From Dipteris shenzhenensis (taxonomy: Eukaryota): a stretch of 64,000 nucleotides of DNA. The notes beneath the pieces were generated by a model that saw nothing but the letters and a program-made list of their open reading frames with translations, was not told the origin of the DNA and made no database searches. How positions within the stretch are numbered: the stretch's first letter is position 1; the number at the start of each line of letters is the position of its first letter. Shown here in pieces: positions 13,460-27,528 of the stretch. A program made the translations under genes and the position numbers. The stretch lies in the NCBI GenBank assembly GCA_047967505.1, contig CM106538.1; one strand, given 5' to 3'.

Positions 13460-15190
13460 TATGCGGAGGGAAGCGAATCCTAAGGCTAGCCAAAAGGGTT
13501 GTAAGGAGATCCTTGGTAGTTGAACAAGTCCATAAGAGATGTAGCATGGTTTCAATGAGACAAGAGCATGCTAAAAATGCACAGGTGCAATATGGCATCG
13601 GGCTAGTGTCATCCCCATAGGAAAAATCCCCAGCATCGGACATTGCCACGTGAAGATCTTCTGCTTGAGAGGAAGCCCATTCTTCCATATGATATCCAAC
13701 CATCTTTTCCATGAGGTTTATTCAACTGCCAAAGCTAATTGGCATGACTCTAAAAACACGGCATGGGGATCAAAAGCCGATAAGTGCTTGCAGCCAAGTC
13801 AGTTTTATCATTGGAATATTTTGACAACCTGTCTCAAGTATATCAAGATCCAGTCTATCTTGGACTGAAGATGAGGAAATCAAGAGGAAAGGTTGAATTA
13901 AACCCCACACCTAGCTTGGAGTGTATGCTCGAACCATAATGCCTATTTGATGAAAGAAAGGACATGAAAGTACCATCATCTTGAATGACACCCTACACAT
14001 ATTTGACACCTTTGTACGTAAGCAAATATGCTTTTTGGGGTTCTACCACAACAAGAGGTGTAGGAAAGAGTCTACTCCGATGTATGCTCTACAATGCCAT
14101 ATTGTTCACCATATTTGGTGGATGTCTAGACCAACGAAGGTATTGTAGGATTACTTGCCAATTAGCAATCAGTTGGCCAGAAAAAGGACTGCCAAAAAAT
14201 ATCCTTGAAAAGACCCCATAAAACAAATTATGAAAAAGTGGTCTCCCAATTACCAAAATCATGTGTGCAAACAGTAATACACATCCCAGCAAGCATCTAC
14301 GTTTATGGATCCTTTTGAGTTGCAAAAGGTAGGTAGCATAGTAGCTATCCGAGTAATCAAATGATAATGTATGTTCAAAATGTTTGGCCTGCCATGCATT
14401 TTTGGAGAACAAACTAGCTCAACTTTCAGGAGATGGAGAGATGCCGTCTTTTCTTATTTTCCAAAGGTATTCCATTGCTTGACCTGAAGGCATCCAAGGT
14501 CTTGGTATAAGCAACAAGTGGAACTGCATATAAGCCATGATATTTCTTGCACGATGCATAGACACACATGTAGTGGCCAAGTAGAAAGCTTTCCATAATC
14601 TAGCTTTCGTTGTATCTGTTGCATCACCCAAGAAGTTTCCTCTTTTAAAGATATACACCAGCCATAGAGTCAGGTATCCCAAGTGCTGTACTATTTGTCT
14701 TGGTTCCAAAATGTGACCTAGCCATAGTAGCTCATGCAAATCTATTATATTCACAGGCAAAAGTCTAGACTTTTGAAAATTAATATGTAACCCATGAAGC
14801 ATTCCATATAATTCCAAAATATCCATGATAGAGCATGTGTTTGATCATAGTGTTTCACAGAAAGAAAAAAGAGTCATCTGCATATGCTTGAGTGACAAAG
14901 TGTTTGCCATTTGAAAGTTGTAGCCCATGCAAACTGCCCTCAGTTTGTAAGTTTGTCCATGTATAACAATAAAGGATGGGTAGCTATGGATCCATCGGCA
15001 AGGAAGATCACCACCAATAATGTAGTGAGTAGTACTATTTTGATATAACTAAAAGATAGCATTGCACATTCTTGTACCAAAACCCAATTTGTCCATTACC
15101 TAAGAAATGTAATTCCATTCCACAGTATGAAATGCCTTAGCAATATCAACCTGCATAATTAGCACATCTTTCTTTGTATATTTGGCATAT
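13460..15190 (-). mobile_element. Degenerate LINE (L1-like) ORF2 fragment
   Basis: Minus-strand QVDIAKAFHTVEWNYI..VMDKLGFG (RT domain), GLHINFQKS, and a C-terminal zinc-finger remnant CLIETMLHLLWTC. Confidence 0.75.
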
Positions 15191-15454
15191 TAGAATTGAG
15201 GACTAAGTGACTAAGTGCCTTATTATCCTCCAACACCTAGCACTCTCGGTGGATAGGATTTTAGACATGTCTAGAAATCCATAGACTCGGACCCTTACAT
15301 AAGATAGTCTTTACAAAAATTGAGATCAATGCCTAAACTGTCTTTTTTGCTGTGATAAGCTCAAAGTGTTCCCGTTTGTCTTGCATGAACTAATCCGAAC
15401 CTTGATTTGCAGATTGTTCTTTTGCTCCGAGAACAGATACTTCTGGACCACATA

Positions 15455-18060
15455 TCACATTCTGTTCCATAATATTGAAGTTTTGGACTTGAGGTCCTTT
15501 CTCAGTTTGAGCTGTAATCTCCTTTGGTTTCTCAGTTTGAGCTGCAATCTCCTCTGTTTCTCGGTTTGAGCTAGAACTAAATCTGGTACAGGTTCCTTCT
15601 CAATCGTCTTCAGATCTTTAATCCCTACATTTTTGAACACCTGAACCTTGAATGCTGCACCTTTGAAAACAGCTCCCTATTCTTCAATTTGCATGTCTTT
15701 ACTTGCTCTTCCATATGTACCCTACAAATCCAACAAAGAATTGCTAAAATCAAAGTTAATAGTAAAAATTGTTGCATCTCCCGGTCTGTTGGATTGTGCC
15801 TCTTTTGTTGCTTTCAATTTTTTCTCTAGTTTAGCATTCTTAGCCACCATGAGGGCCTCCACAGTGTATTTTGCTGAAGCAAAGGCCTTGTAGGTCTCTC
15901 AGCCACACCACCATCATGCTGCCTTTTATACTGGTCCACAACGTTTGAGACGTCTCAATCAATTTAGCTTTGAGCTCATTTACTCCTGTACCTGTCATGA
16001 AAACCCCATCTACTTCTTTAGCCATAGCCTTGAGTTGCACTTCCACCCCTTCCAAAGTTTTCACTCTTTCTCTAGCAATTACCAGATCAACCTGTAACTG
16101 TGTATAATTTTTAGATAATTTCTGCAATTGCTTGAAAAATGTGTCCATCTCATTTAGCCACTGCTGTACTATAGGGAGGCAATCTTTCTGCATCTTCAGT
16201 TGCTTGTTTAATTGATAAACCTCCTCCCCCTTCTATTCCTTGTACTGTTTAAATTCCCTCTGCTATTTTACCAGTTGTTGCTGCAACTGTGTAATCTTCA
16301 TTGCTTCCTGCTGACTGATCTCCATTTTGGCTTGTAATTCTTGTTTTTCTTTTTGCAACACCATAATTTGCATATCTCTTGCTATCTTTGGAGTACCACT
16401 TGTTGTTCCTGAAAATTTTTAATACTCGTAGAGCCATCTCGACTTCCTTCAGAGAATTTTTTTTAAATTTCTGTGCTTCTGAGAAACTTCACAGCCTTTA
16501 GAATGCGGAATAGTCACAAGCCAACGTGCTTCACTCAGTAAAGTGAACTTCGAGGTGTTCTCCACATAAGTACCACCATGAATGCAGACTTCTAGTCGGT
16601 ATTCACAATACCCAATCATAATTTTGATTTTTTGGCTCCTGGATTAATGAAAATCATAATCAATTGGCACATGCACCATACTGCCACTCCTTTCACCCAT
16701 TTAGGCTTTCGCTTCCTACTTTTGTCTTCGTACAACACTAGACAAGTCCTTGCGTGAAAACAAGTCAGAAACGAGTCCGACATCTCCCCCAGTCAGATTG
16801 GAGTCGAACTGCTTGGCAGTCGGATATGAGTCATACTACAACCAAACCATCTGTGAGTCATATCGAAGTCAACGTTGGTTTAGGTCAAACCACCATCGAA
16901 TTGACTTGAAATCTGACCTAGGTTGGATTACAAACAACTCTCAGATCTGGCCCTGGTCAGAAAAGAGGTGGACTCTTGCCCAGTTAAACCTTACCATTGC
17001 AATCCACTATACACAAAATTCAGCTATGATTTGACTAACCCAACCACACTGCCTCAGCCTCCATAAGTATGAATATATCACTTTCAACATTTCTTTATAT
17101 TGCCAACCCTTCAGGTTGAATTGCAGTCGGACATGAACAACATGCCAATGCTGTACCCACTGTACCTGCTGCATCACTCTCAACTGAATCGCCTTCTTCA
17201 CCATGCTTATCTTCTCCACTTGGCAGATGCAAACCATCACTACTAGTATCTCCACATACTCTGGCTCCAAGCCGAGATTTAGTCAGATCATTACCAAAAT
17301 ATGGTTTAAGTAGCCTAAAACCATTCACTAGCTTAGGAAAGCTGTTCCCATGCAAATCACTGACCAAGAATGTCCCTTGTGTCAGTACTTCCACAATCCT
17401 ATAAGGTCCATCATATCTCAAATTGAGTTTTCCTGAATGAGGTCCCAACTTGGAATTGTACATGAGGACCAAATCACCCTTTTTAAACAATTTAAACTTG
17501 ATATTTCTTTTAATCCAAGCTTGTCTTCTTCTTTGAATGATCTCTGAAATGCTTGAACTTATAATTCTATTCTCATCTAACTTCAGCAACTGCTGAATTC
17601 TAAAATTCATGGATTCTTCAGGAGATAACTTGTGTTCTACAGCAATCCTTAAGCTCCCCATAGTAAACTCCATTGGAACAACTGCCTCTGTGCCATACAC
17701 CAATCTAAAAGGAGTCATTCTTGTGGTTACTTTGAAGGCTGTTCTAAACGCCCATAGAACTGAATCTAGCTTCTAATCCCAGTCCTTAGGATTATCCTCA
17801 ATTGTGCTTCTAAAAATTTTCATAATGATCTTATTTGAACTTTCAGCCTGTCCATTACCTTGTGGATAGTATGCTATATATTTCTTATGCAACATCATGT
17901 GAGTCTTAGTTAGCTTTGCAATGACCTTATTAATAAATTGAGTACCTCTATTAGACACTATCTCAATTGGTATTCCAAACCTTGTCATGATATTATGATA
18001 CAAAAAATTTGCAATACTTATTCCCTTATTATCTTTCAAAGCTACTGCCTCAACCCACTT
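15455..18060 (-). mobile_element. Ty3/gypsy integrase fragment with a downstream decayed coiled-coil ORF
   Basis: TRFGIPIEIVSNRG, YYPQGNGQAESSNK, TPFRLVYGTEAVVP and GPY motifs. ORF remnants at 15455-16437 are Lys/Glu-rich and unassigned. Confidence 0.8.
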
Positions 18061-19491
18061 AGTACACCTCTAATGTTTGTTGTTGGAAGAGAACACTTGT
18101 CAAGAAGTAAGCCAGCGATGATCTCCAAATTAATCAACTAAGTTTCTAGGGGAAGGAGACCCACATGGAAAGATTTGAAAAAATCTATGAGAAATTTGAT
18201 GACATTGGAGATTTATGTATGGTTAACAATTTTGGCTTGAGCCTTGATGGCAAGGCTAGACAATGGTTTAGAGCCTTGAACCCAAAAGAGAAGATTAATT
18301 AGACCACCTTATGTAAGTCATTCATAGTGGGGTTTGCCCCCAATGGACCAAAATGGAGCCCTATTAACTAGCTATATGAGGTAAAGTAGAAAGCGTTTGA
18401 GTCACTACACAATTACATCACTAGAATAAAGCACATGGACTCATGATGTGAGCCTCAGAAGAGGATGAATGATGAAAAATCATTGCCATACTTCCTCATA
18501 GTATTTTGGGATTCTAAACTCCATGATCATGTTGATTGATGAATCCTACTGCATTTGAATTACCCCAAGGGAGAAATCTCCAACAACTTCATCTGATCTG
18601 TCTCAATCCTTGAAGGTAGCTACCTCAAGGGACACTAAAGAAGCAAACATAGCTACCAAGGGGATGAATATGGAGGAACTCACTACTAGCTTATTAAATC
18701 GACTTAGCCAATATTGGAAAGGGGGAGCATCTTAAGTAGTTCCCAACAACCCCTACTTGTATCGAGACATGATAACATGTAGTGCAGAGTACACACCAAA
18801 AATCGCATACTGATGAGTGCCCTCATCTTAGGGCAAGACTGGAACTCTACTATGCCCATTGTGCACGTTGGGGAAATCATGACATTTTGCAATGTTGTTA
18901 TCCTAATGTGATCCCCCAACCCATGTATCAACCAAGACTGCAACAACTAACCTTGTCGACACCACCCACTGTAGCCAATCAGACCCAATTGGCAATACAA
19001 GGGGCTATGCCTACCAATCAAGGTCCATGTGGAACTCAAACCATTCCATTACCCCCACTAGTATTGGGACCTCAACCACCACCATCGTGAATCACTCTTT
19101 TGAATCAAGTGTTAGTAGAGGAATAACCTAGCTGGGAAGAGCTTGAATGTGATCTCATTAGAAACAACTACTTACCTTATCAGGATGCAGATCGATCTAG
19201 CTTTTTGAGCCACTATGTTATGTAGGATGACCAATATATTCCGATCTACTCATGTTTCTAAAAAAGAAGGGACATGGACTATAGCATTGTGCATAGTCCT
19301 CGAAAGCAACATGCCATTGCTGATTACTTGAGTAGGCTGCTATCAGGAAGCTCCAACAGGTATACCAGATGAACTTCCTGATGCAGGCATTTTCATGGTG
19401 GTGAGAATAGAAGAACCACCATATTGGTATGATAAAATGATGTTCTTTCTTACTGATGGTTTGATCCCTGAAACATTAACTAGGGATCATA

Positions 19492-21239
19492 CAGGTGCTT
19501 ATTTTTTGTGAGCATTGATTGCAAGATTTTTCATTTTTTTTGCAAGCTTTTCTTGGGCTGAGCTTGGGGGACTTGATTTTTTTGGTCATTTTTTAGAACA
19601 TCATATAACACAACTCTTGGGGGACCGCACATGATATAAGACTCACATATGCTGTGAGCAACACTTATAACACAACCCTTGATTTGTGATCACTTGAGAA
19701 AGAAGGTTAGTTTGCAAGGTTCTAGGACATGGATTTAGAGGAGTGTGAGAGCTCAAGAAAAGAAGGTAAGGGTTTCAAATGATAGATTATTGTGTGGTTG
19801 CATATTAAGAGTGTAGTAGTGATTGGAAGCATTTGACTGATTGGAAGCATGCCCATCTTCAAAGCAATGCAATGATTGGAAGGATGCATTTTTAATTTGA
19901 AGGTAATCATTTCAGAATTGCATTAAGAAAAAACCCCTCAAATCATTGATCTTCAAACCAATGCAATGACTAATTATAGTCATGCCTTCAAAGCATCTTT
20001 TTGGTCATGCATAAAAAGCATCACGTATTTGAAGGCAAGCATTCCAAACTTGCATTCCATGCAAGCTCTACAACCAAGGCACACACACCAATAATGTAAT
20101 AGATCCTAATCTTGAAGACCTTTCATGTCTCTTTAATCACCAGTGTTGATGACAATATATGTAATCCTCAAACCATGTCACAAGAAAATCATGAAGATAC
20201 TCTTTGGGTCTCTAAAGGTCGATGATTTTATGCCAACAAGGTGTCCTAGCCCCACCTAGCTCTTTGGGCTCTCTAAATCATTTCAAAAGACAATTATGAA
20301 GATACTCTTTGAGGTCTCTATGGACAAGAAGCTAGCCTTTATGCCAATAAGGCCTCCTACTTCTAGTTAAAAGCTGCTAATTATAAGTGTTCAAAAGAGA
20401 AATTAAACAAAAAAACTTTTTAATTATATTTCATTTTGACACTCTAACACAAGAAATGGCTTTATTCATATCACATCGATTGTTTTGACTACAAACATGA
20501 CCATGCTTGGAGTCATATTGACCAAGTTATGGCCAAAATAAGATTGGCTATCCAAAACCCCCAAGCACATGAGGGGCTGCGCATATCACATCGATCATTT
20601 TGACTACAAACATGACCATGTTTGGAGTCATATTGACCAAGTTATGGCCAAAATAAGACGGTTGTCTTATTTTGGCCATAACTTGGTCATAACCGTCTTA
20701 TTTTGGCCATAACTTAGTCAATATGACTCCAAACATGGTCATGTTTGTAGTCAAAATGATCAATGTGATATGAATAAAGCCACTTCTTGTGTTAGAGTGT
20801 CTAAATTCTACATCTTTGAAAAGTTTTTGTTGAAAAATTCTTTCTTTCATAAGAGCTTGAACTTATCATGCTACACATGCGCATAATGTTTTGCCAACCA
20901 TCATTATATATCAAAAGTTTGAACATGTATACTTAGTGGTTATTAATAATGAATAATTTCAACAAGAGCATAATCAATGATACTAAAAGGGCATCCTTAT
21001 TAGCTTCACGTGAAGGCACCACACAAGTTCATGGTGACATGAACGTGATCCATAATTGGTGATCCATGCACAAAATTCTTACCTTGAGGCTCAAATAAAG
21101 ATAGCAAGAAAACCCTTAAGCTCACAAAGGTGTATGTTATTAGTATTCCCTGTCATGTCTTTTTCATTCACAACTCAAAAAAAGCTCACAAAAAAATGAA
21201 AAAGCTCGCATGCAAAGGTCGCAAAAAATTTTCCCCCAG
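19492..21239. mobile_element. Non-autonomous DNA-transposon-like insertion with imperfect ~65-bp terminal inverted repeats
   Basis: The left end CAGGTGCTTATTTTTTGTGAGC...TTTTTCATTTTTTTTGCAAGCTTTT resembles the reverse complement of the right end, and the flanking gypsy coding sequence resumes after it. Confidence 0.5.
20438..20801. repeat. Long inverted repeat (~105-bp arms) with an internal partial duplication
   Basis: GACACTCTAACACAAG...GGCCAAAATAAGA versus TCTTATTTTGGCC...CTTGTGTTAGAGTGTC. Confidence 0.85.
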
Positions 21240-22325
21240 ATTAGACAAAGAAACTTGTTTTACAAAGCAGACCTTTCCTGGTAATTGCCGATGTTTTGTA
21301 TAGAAGAGGAATTGACCAGGTAATCAGAAGATGTATACAAGATCATGAGCCAAAGGCTGTCCTAGCTGAAGCCCATGGAGGACTAGCAGGAGGACACTTC
21401 TCTGGAGATATTACAGGTAAAAAGATTTTATAAGCTGGTTTATGGTGGCCTACAATTTAAAAGATGCATAATTGGGCCAAAGCATGTTTGCCATGTCAGA
21501 AAGATGATAGACTACTTGACAGTGATAGGATGCCCCATAAACCAATTCTCCCCTTGGGACCTTTTCAGAAATGGGGACTAGATTTTATTGGACCCATCAA
21601 ACCTCCAGCAAAGTTTTCATGTAATCAATATATTTTGGGTGCCACTGATTATTGTACAAAATGGGTTGAAGTTGTAGCACTCAACACATGCAAGGCTAGG
21701 ACTGTGGTACATTTCCTTTGTCACAACATTGTCACGAGGTTTGGTGTTCCTATTATGAGCTCCACCAACACACATCTAAGAGAGGAGGGTTGCTTGCACA
21801 CATGGCAAGGTGAACCACCAATCAAGAATGTACACGTGTCATCACTTCCTTTAATCCAAAAACAAGAGGCACAGGGTGTCGGGCACACTGCCCTCGAAAA
21901 AATAGGTTTTCCTGCTCACATCTCTCAAAAGAGGGAGATGGGGCAAGAAGGAAGAGGAGAGGGAGACAAGGGGCGAGGCAGGACTGAGTGGAGGGAGAGA
22001 GGGCGGGATTCAAGGGAGGAAATTCTAGTTTTCTAAGGTTAAAATCACTTCAAGACGTCCCCTTTAGACGGGTATCCAAAATGGCAAGTTTGTGGTTGCT
22101 ATAGCCTGCGGCTAGCGGGGGCAGTGCTAATAAATTATGTTACCTTTGGTATTAGGAGAACCATGACTACACACTTCCAAGTGAGGGGAGGAAAAGCATG
22201 AAAAGCATGAGGGTCTAGGTGCTTCATGAAGAAGAAGAGGAAAGCCGACAACAAGAAGATGGGCAAGGAACCCAAAACCCTTGTTTGCCCTAAACCCTTT
22301 GCACCTCGTCCTCCATGAGACAGTC

Positions 22326-23557
22326 ATGGGCTTTCTCATCCACTTCCTTCACCCCGCTTCCAACCTCACTCTCAGCTATGTCGCCTCCCCTGACGCTAAG
22401 GTCGACCTCGGCACCATCGCCACACACTTCTCCCTCGACCCTTCCTTTGTTCGCTTCAATGGCCACTACCTCAGTCGCAATCACCACTTTATCTGTAGCC
22501 TCTCCTGGCGCCAGGTTCTCACCTTCTTTCACAGCCGGGGATTCAGCTCTGGTCGAGCCCATCAGGACCCCGTCCTCGTGGAAGGGGTTTCTCTCCTGCA
22601 ACCCCGTATTGGAGGTCAGTAGCTGCTGATTGTACGTTTTCAGAAGTCCTGTATACGGTTTTGTCTAACTGCAAATCTTTTAGTATGACACAATGGTCTA
22701 AACGTATGAAGCACAGGGAATTTGCTGCAGATCCCAATGTTGCCGTATCTGAAGAGGATGGTTTGAATCACGACGACTCTCAGAATTTGAAAAGGACAGC
22801 AAGAGAAGCAGGTATTCCCGCCTGTACCACGGGAGAGAAACGCATAAGGCAAGAAAATAATTCAGGTACGTTTGCATGCAATCCAACACCTAGTAACTTG
22901 ATTCGAATGAGAGTACGTATGTTCTACGAGTAGCTATGCTCACAGGTTGAGTCGTTCTGCCGTAGGAAGTACGTCAAGTGTGTCTGAACCATTGACTTTA
23001 CCATCAAAACTGAAGAGAAGACGAGATCAAGATCCTGCTGTTTCTAGCAAGTGGAGCAAACGGATTAGACATGAGGTCAGTCCAGGTGAGAAGCTATTCT
23101 TATTTGTGTTGCAGTCGTCTTTGCAAAAAGCAATACACGCGAGACCTTGTAATGGGTTAGAAATCTGGAAAGGAATACTAATGGTTTTTAGAAAACCCAA
23201 GAGATTTTGGAATCTTTCAAAAGCCTATGGTTGTGTACCGATGAGAACATAAGCGTAGCTTTGCTTACTCAGTTATTTTTATCTTTAATTTTTTCATTTA
23301 CTCTTAATTTTGTTTGAAGTCGCTTACAAACTCTCTTCTTTCGCTTGTTTTATAAAAAGTTTATATTCTAGTCTTATGAAGGTATATATTGGTCTTTAGG
23401 TATCTGCGATGCAGATACCTGGCTAAGTTCAACAGATGACAACATTCTCCAGTCCCAAGAGACCAAGTATAGGCGTGCTTCAAAGAGACCTGTGGCAGGA
23501 GATGAAGTTTCAACCTACACAGCACTTTGGAAAAGAATAAAGGAGATAAGAGTTTGA
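22326..23557 (+). CDS. Conserved plant protein of unknown function, predicted 4 exons (22326-22614, 22731-22865, 22966-23085, 23400-23557), ~233 aa
   Basis: Exon 1 motif KVDLGTIATHFSLDPSFVRFNGHYLSR...SWRQVLTFF..RG resembles an uncharacterised plant family I recall as At3g07150-like. GT-AG phase-1 introns give an open frame. Confidence 0.7.
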
Positions 23558-25126
23558 AACTGAGACTTCACATATGTGATCTGCTGGAGTTCTCAAAATC
23601 GCTTCATGTTTGAAAGAAAAGGTGCAATGAGGAAACTGTATGAAATCTTTTTCTGTCAGAGTTTCTATAGTGCTGAATCTGTACATCTTAAGGTTATAGC
23701 AGTATGTGCTGTCTTTGCCACAAACATGCTCATTTAAAGAGGATCTGCATTATTTCAAGTGCAGCCTCGGATAAGCCTCGGGAGTAATATCCAGCTTTAA
23801 ATAATCAAATGTAGATGACAGTGTTTTACTTAACTATACTGGCTTTTGTTTTTGAAGTTTTTTGATGGGACATCAGCTTGAGCTCCTAGTAGAATCTTTC
23901 AACCTACTCTTGCAGACTAGGGTAAATGAATTAGGAAACCTAGGTGATATATCTTTCAAGGCAGGTAGCAGATGCGAAAGACGTGAAGTCAGCTTATGGT
24001 ACTGTCAAATGCATTGGGTGCTACTATCGTTCCTAACCTAACATCTCAAATCTAAGGCATGTGCAGTAAGGCAAGGCATGAGGACATAGAGGATATATAG
24101 CTAAAAGTTCACAAGAGAATACTGATGGACTCTGGGAGGAATGCTCTGACCTGAATCCTGCTTATGTACTAGCTCCAAATGCTGCTCATAGGACTGTGCT
24201 CTAGTATCCGGTACTATAGCATATCTTCTAGTGATCCTCACTCTTTGATCTAACCTGAATTCTTGAGAAACCCAGTCCGAGCCAGCTGCTGTAACTGAGC
24301 TAATTCACAAGTGTTGAAGAACTTATACCCCTCAATACATCCAATACAACAGCCCTCAATCCAGTACCACCAATTCCAACTCCAGCTTGATTTTCCAAAG
24401 ACAATTAGATTGCGACGCCTCCAAACTGCCAACAAAGTAGGCCGTCTTCCTGTTAGGCAATCTCCCCTCCCCTTGATAGGTGAGCCAAGATAATTCCAAA
24501 ACCTCTTAAACGGAGGACAAGACCAAAGAAGATTTAGTATGTCCATGTACCATCTGTAAAACAAAGAAAATGTAGTGTGTCCATGTCCACTGAGCAATAT
24601 TCAATCCTATATGTGCAGAGCCTTCAAAGAGAAGAATGCTATCTTTCTTGGGATATTTCCAATTTACTATTTCTACCATAATCAGAACACTGTATCCATG
24701 AAAACAGCGTTGTAAGCTGTAGACACCTTGATTTGGCTCAGAACAGTAACCTAACCAACCGATTCTTAGCCCTCCAGCTAGTAGGACAGGTAACATTAGT
24801 TGCCCAATAAACGCTTGCAAGTGCTGTCAGTCTGTCATCATGCCTCTAGCAATTTCTGTTTAGAATTAGAATTAAGTTTTAAAAGGGTCTTTTTTGTTGT
24901 GGTAGGCTGGTTGAACTTGTTAACTACACCTATACTTTTAAGATAGGGTTGATGGGACTAAACCAAAGTCTGAACTTATATATTGCTCATTTCCTTCAAT
25001 ATATTGTTGTGCACATTTAGTTATCATGCCTCTTGCAATTTATGTTTAGAATTAGAATTAAGTTTTAAAAGGATATTTTTTTGGTAGTGGTAGGATAGGC
25101 AAGATATTTGTTTGTGTAGTTGAACT

Positions 25127-25308
25127 TGTTGAGGATTGTGTAAAGTACACCTATCTTTATGGATAAGATAGGGTTGATGGGACAAAACTAAACACTGACC
25201 CTAACTTTAGGGGTCAACTCATTTCCTTCAATGTAATTTAGTGCACATTTAGTTATCTTGTGTGTGCACTCCTCTCTCTCTCTCTCTCTCTCAAAATGGT
25301 ATTAGAGC
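25127..25308 (+). mobile_element. Short LTR followed by a tRNA-iMet-type PBS
   Basis: TGTTGAGGATTGTGTAAAG...CTCTCA, then TGGTATTAGAGC at 25297-25308. Confidence 0.6.
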
Positions 25309-26689
25309 CTATGGTGCTCTAGAGAGAGAGAGAGACAGTTAAGTTCTCAAGAACACAAGGCCTCCCTTTCGCACCATATTTTTCAGATGTTCTAATCATC
25401 TAGTTCAGCTATTTTTCTCCATTTTGAGATAAGATTTCCAATCCGCTTTTTTTTGGGAGCTTCAATTATGATTTTTAGATGTTCTCGTTTGTGATTATTT
25501 GTGAAGCTTTTGGAGGGAGAGTGAGTGTGTGAGTCATAAGAGTATCTTTGACTCATCTGGGGGAGAGTTAGATTCAAGAAAGAATTTGGTTAGTGAGAAC
25601 TTAGGTTTCCCACTACATTAGCCACCACTATCTGTCTTTAGTACCACATAGGGACTTTTGCACACTAGTCTCTTATTGGCTCCAAACCTTATGTGGATTG
25701 GTTTGTATAGAGTGGCATCCCTGTAGAGAGACAAGGTAGCAGCTCATCGTCATAGATTTCCACTAGAGACAGGATAAGACAAAGGGGCTTATCCAAAATA
25801 TAGTCAAATAGGGCCACATGCTAACTTGTCATTAGTGACACATCACTAGAGACACATAGAAGCACATTGCTAGATTAGCTACAACCCAAATAACCTTATT
25901 GTGCCACATTAGCTAAAACCCAAATAACCTTATCGTGCCACATCAACCGCAATCCACATCGCAATACAATGCTACATTAACACCACATCACCAAGGTCCC
26001 ATCATTATTGCCACATGGGTAGTTCAACTTAGTTACACCTCAATCTGGCATGTGGCACTTTGCCACCTCAATACTAACCTTTTTTGTGTGAAATTCACCT
26101 CAATACTAACATTGTGCTCATCATTGTGCTCATGATTGTGCACACATTGTACCCATATATATACTTCATCGCCACATCAATTGTGCTAGCACACACTTGC
26201 AAGTGCACATAATTGCTACATCATTTTCATTGCACATTTTATCTTCTTTAATGGATGGTTAGGCCAACTTGAGCAATCTTGAGAACTAATCCACGAAAAA
26301 CAAATCTTATAGGTCAATTTGGACACGTATTGTTTGATACCATATGGTTTTTAAGACACATGAGATGCTTGAGTCGACATGTCATTGAAATCGAATACTT
26401 TGCCAATGGAAAAGTTACCCCATAGTTCCCAATGTAAGAAGTTTCGAAAGTATAAGCCACATGTGCGGAGGAAGCTCGATCAAGAGACTTCAGAAAAAGA
26501 AAGTCTCCAAGAGCCTCAAAAATTAGTTAATGGTACTATGCCACCCAGTACCCATAGCACATGTCAGGCTAGTTCAACAACATCAGAGGCTGATCTTCGC
26601 AAAGTCTCGGAGTACTTTAAGAACTACACAAGTGGTAATGTCCCCATAGCAATGCCAAGACTCTAAGAAACCGATAGCATTGAAGAGAC

Positions 26690-27528
26690 TCCAATCTATG
26701 AGAGACGGTCAAAAACTTGAACAATAAACCTCGCCCTTGAAGGGGAGGAAGAAAAATTGGTTTTCATTGGAAAACATCTTACACAAGAAGATGAAACCAA
26801 GCTCAAAGCACTCCTAATGGAATATCGAGACTGCCTAGCATGGTCATACAAGGAAATGAGAGGAATTTCACCAGAAGTGGCAGTACACACGATACCTATA
26901 AGGGAGGTGCCCACCCTATGGTATGTGCACCTTATTGAACAAATCCAAAATATGGCACTATGGTTTATGACGAACTGAAAAAACTCTTAGATGCCGGATT
27001 CATCCATGAGATTGAGCACACTGATTGGGTTTCACCTATCGCCATCATGCCATTCGGCCTTTAATACCCTAGCCACATTCCAGAGAGTCATGTTCACAGC
27101 TTTCAAGTCATTTTTGAATAAGTTTCTACAGGTGTTCTTGCATGATTTGTGCATCCACTCGAACAAAAAAGACCACTTCAAATCGTTGTTTTGGGACACA
27201 TCGTTTCTCAACATGGGATTGCAATTGACATGGACAAAATCAAAATCATCATGGAATTGCCTCCTCCTACAAATTTCAAAGGTGTACAGGTCTTTATGGG
27301 ACATGTCGACTATTATAGAAGATTTATCTTGTGGTATGCCATGATAGCCAGATCACTTTACAAATTATTAGTGCAATTCTTATGGACAGAAGAGTGCGAC
27401 CAAGCCTTTGAGCTTTTAAAGTGGCGCCTAATCACAACACCCATCCTTATATCTCCCAATTGGGATACTAATTTTCATGTTCATATTGATGGCTCCAAGT
27501 ATGTAATTGGGAGTGTGCTTTGTCAACC
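26690..27528 (+). mobile_element. Ty3/gypsy RT/RNase H fragment
   Basis: EYRDCLAWSYKEMRGI, ATFQRVM, VLGHIVS, FMGHVDYYRRFI and FHVHIDGS. Confidence 0.85.

Larger units (their letters stand above)
18070..21760 (+). mobile_element. Degenerate Ty3/gypsy gag-integrase fragments, interrupted by an insertion at ~19492-21239
   Basis: HAIADYLSRL before the insertion; EAHGGLAGGHFSG, GLWWPT, CLPCQK and PFQKWGLDFIGP after it. Confidence 0.75.
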
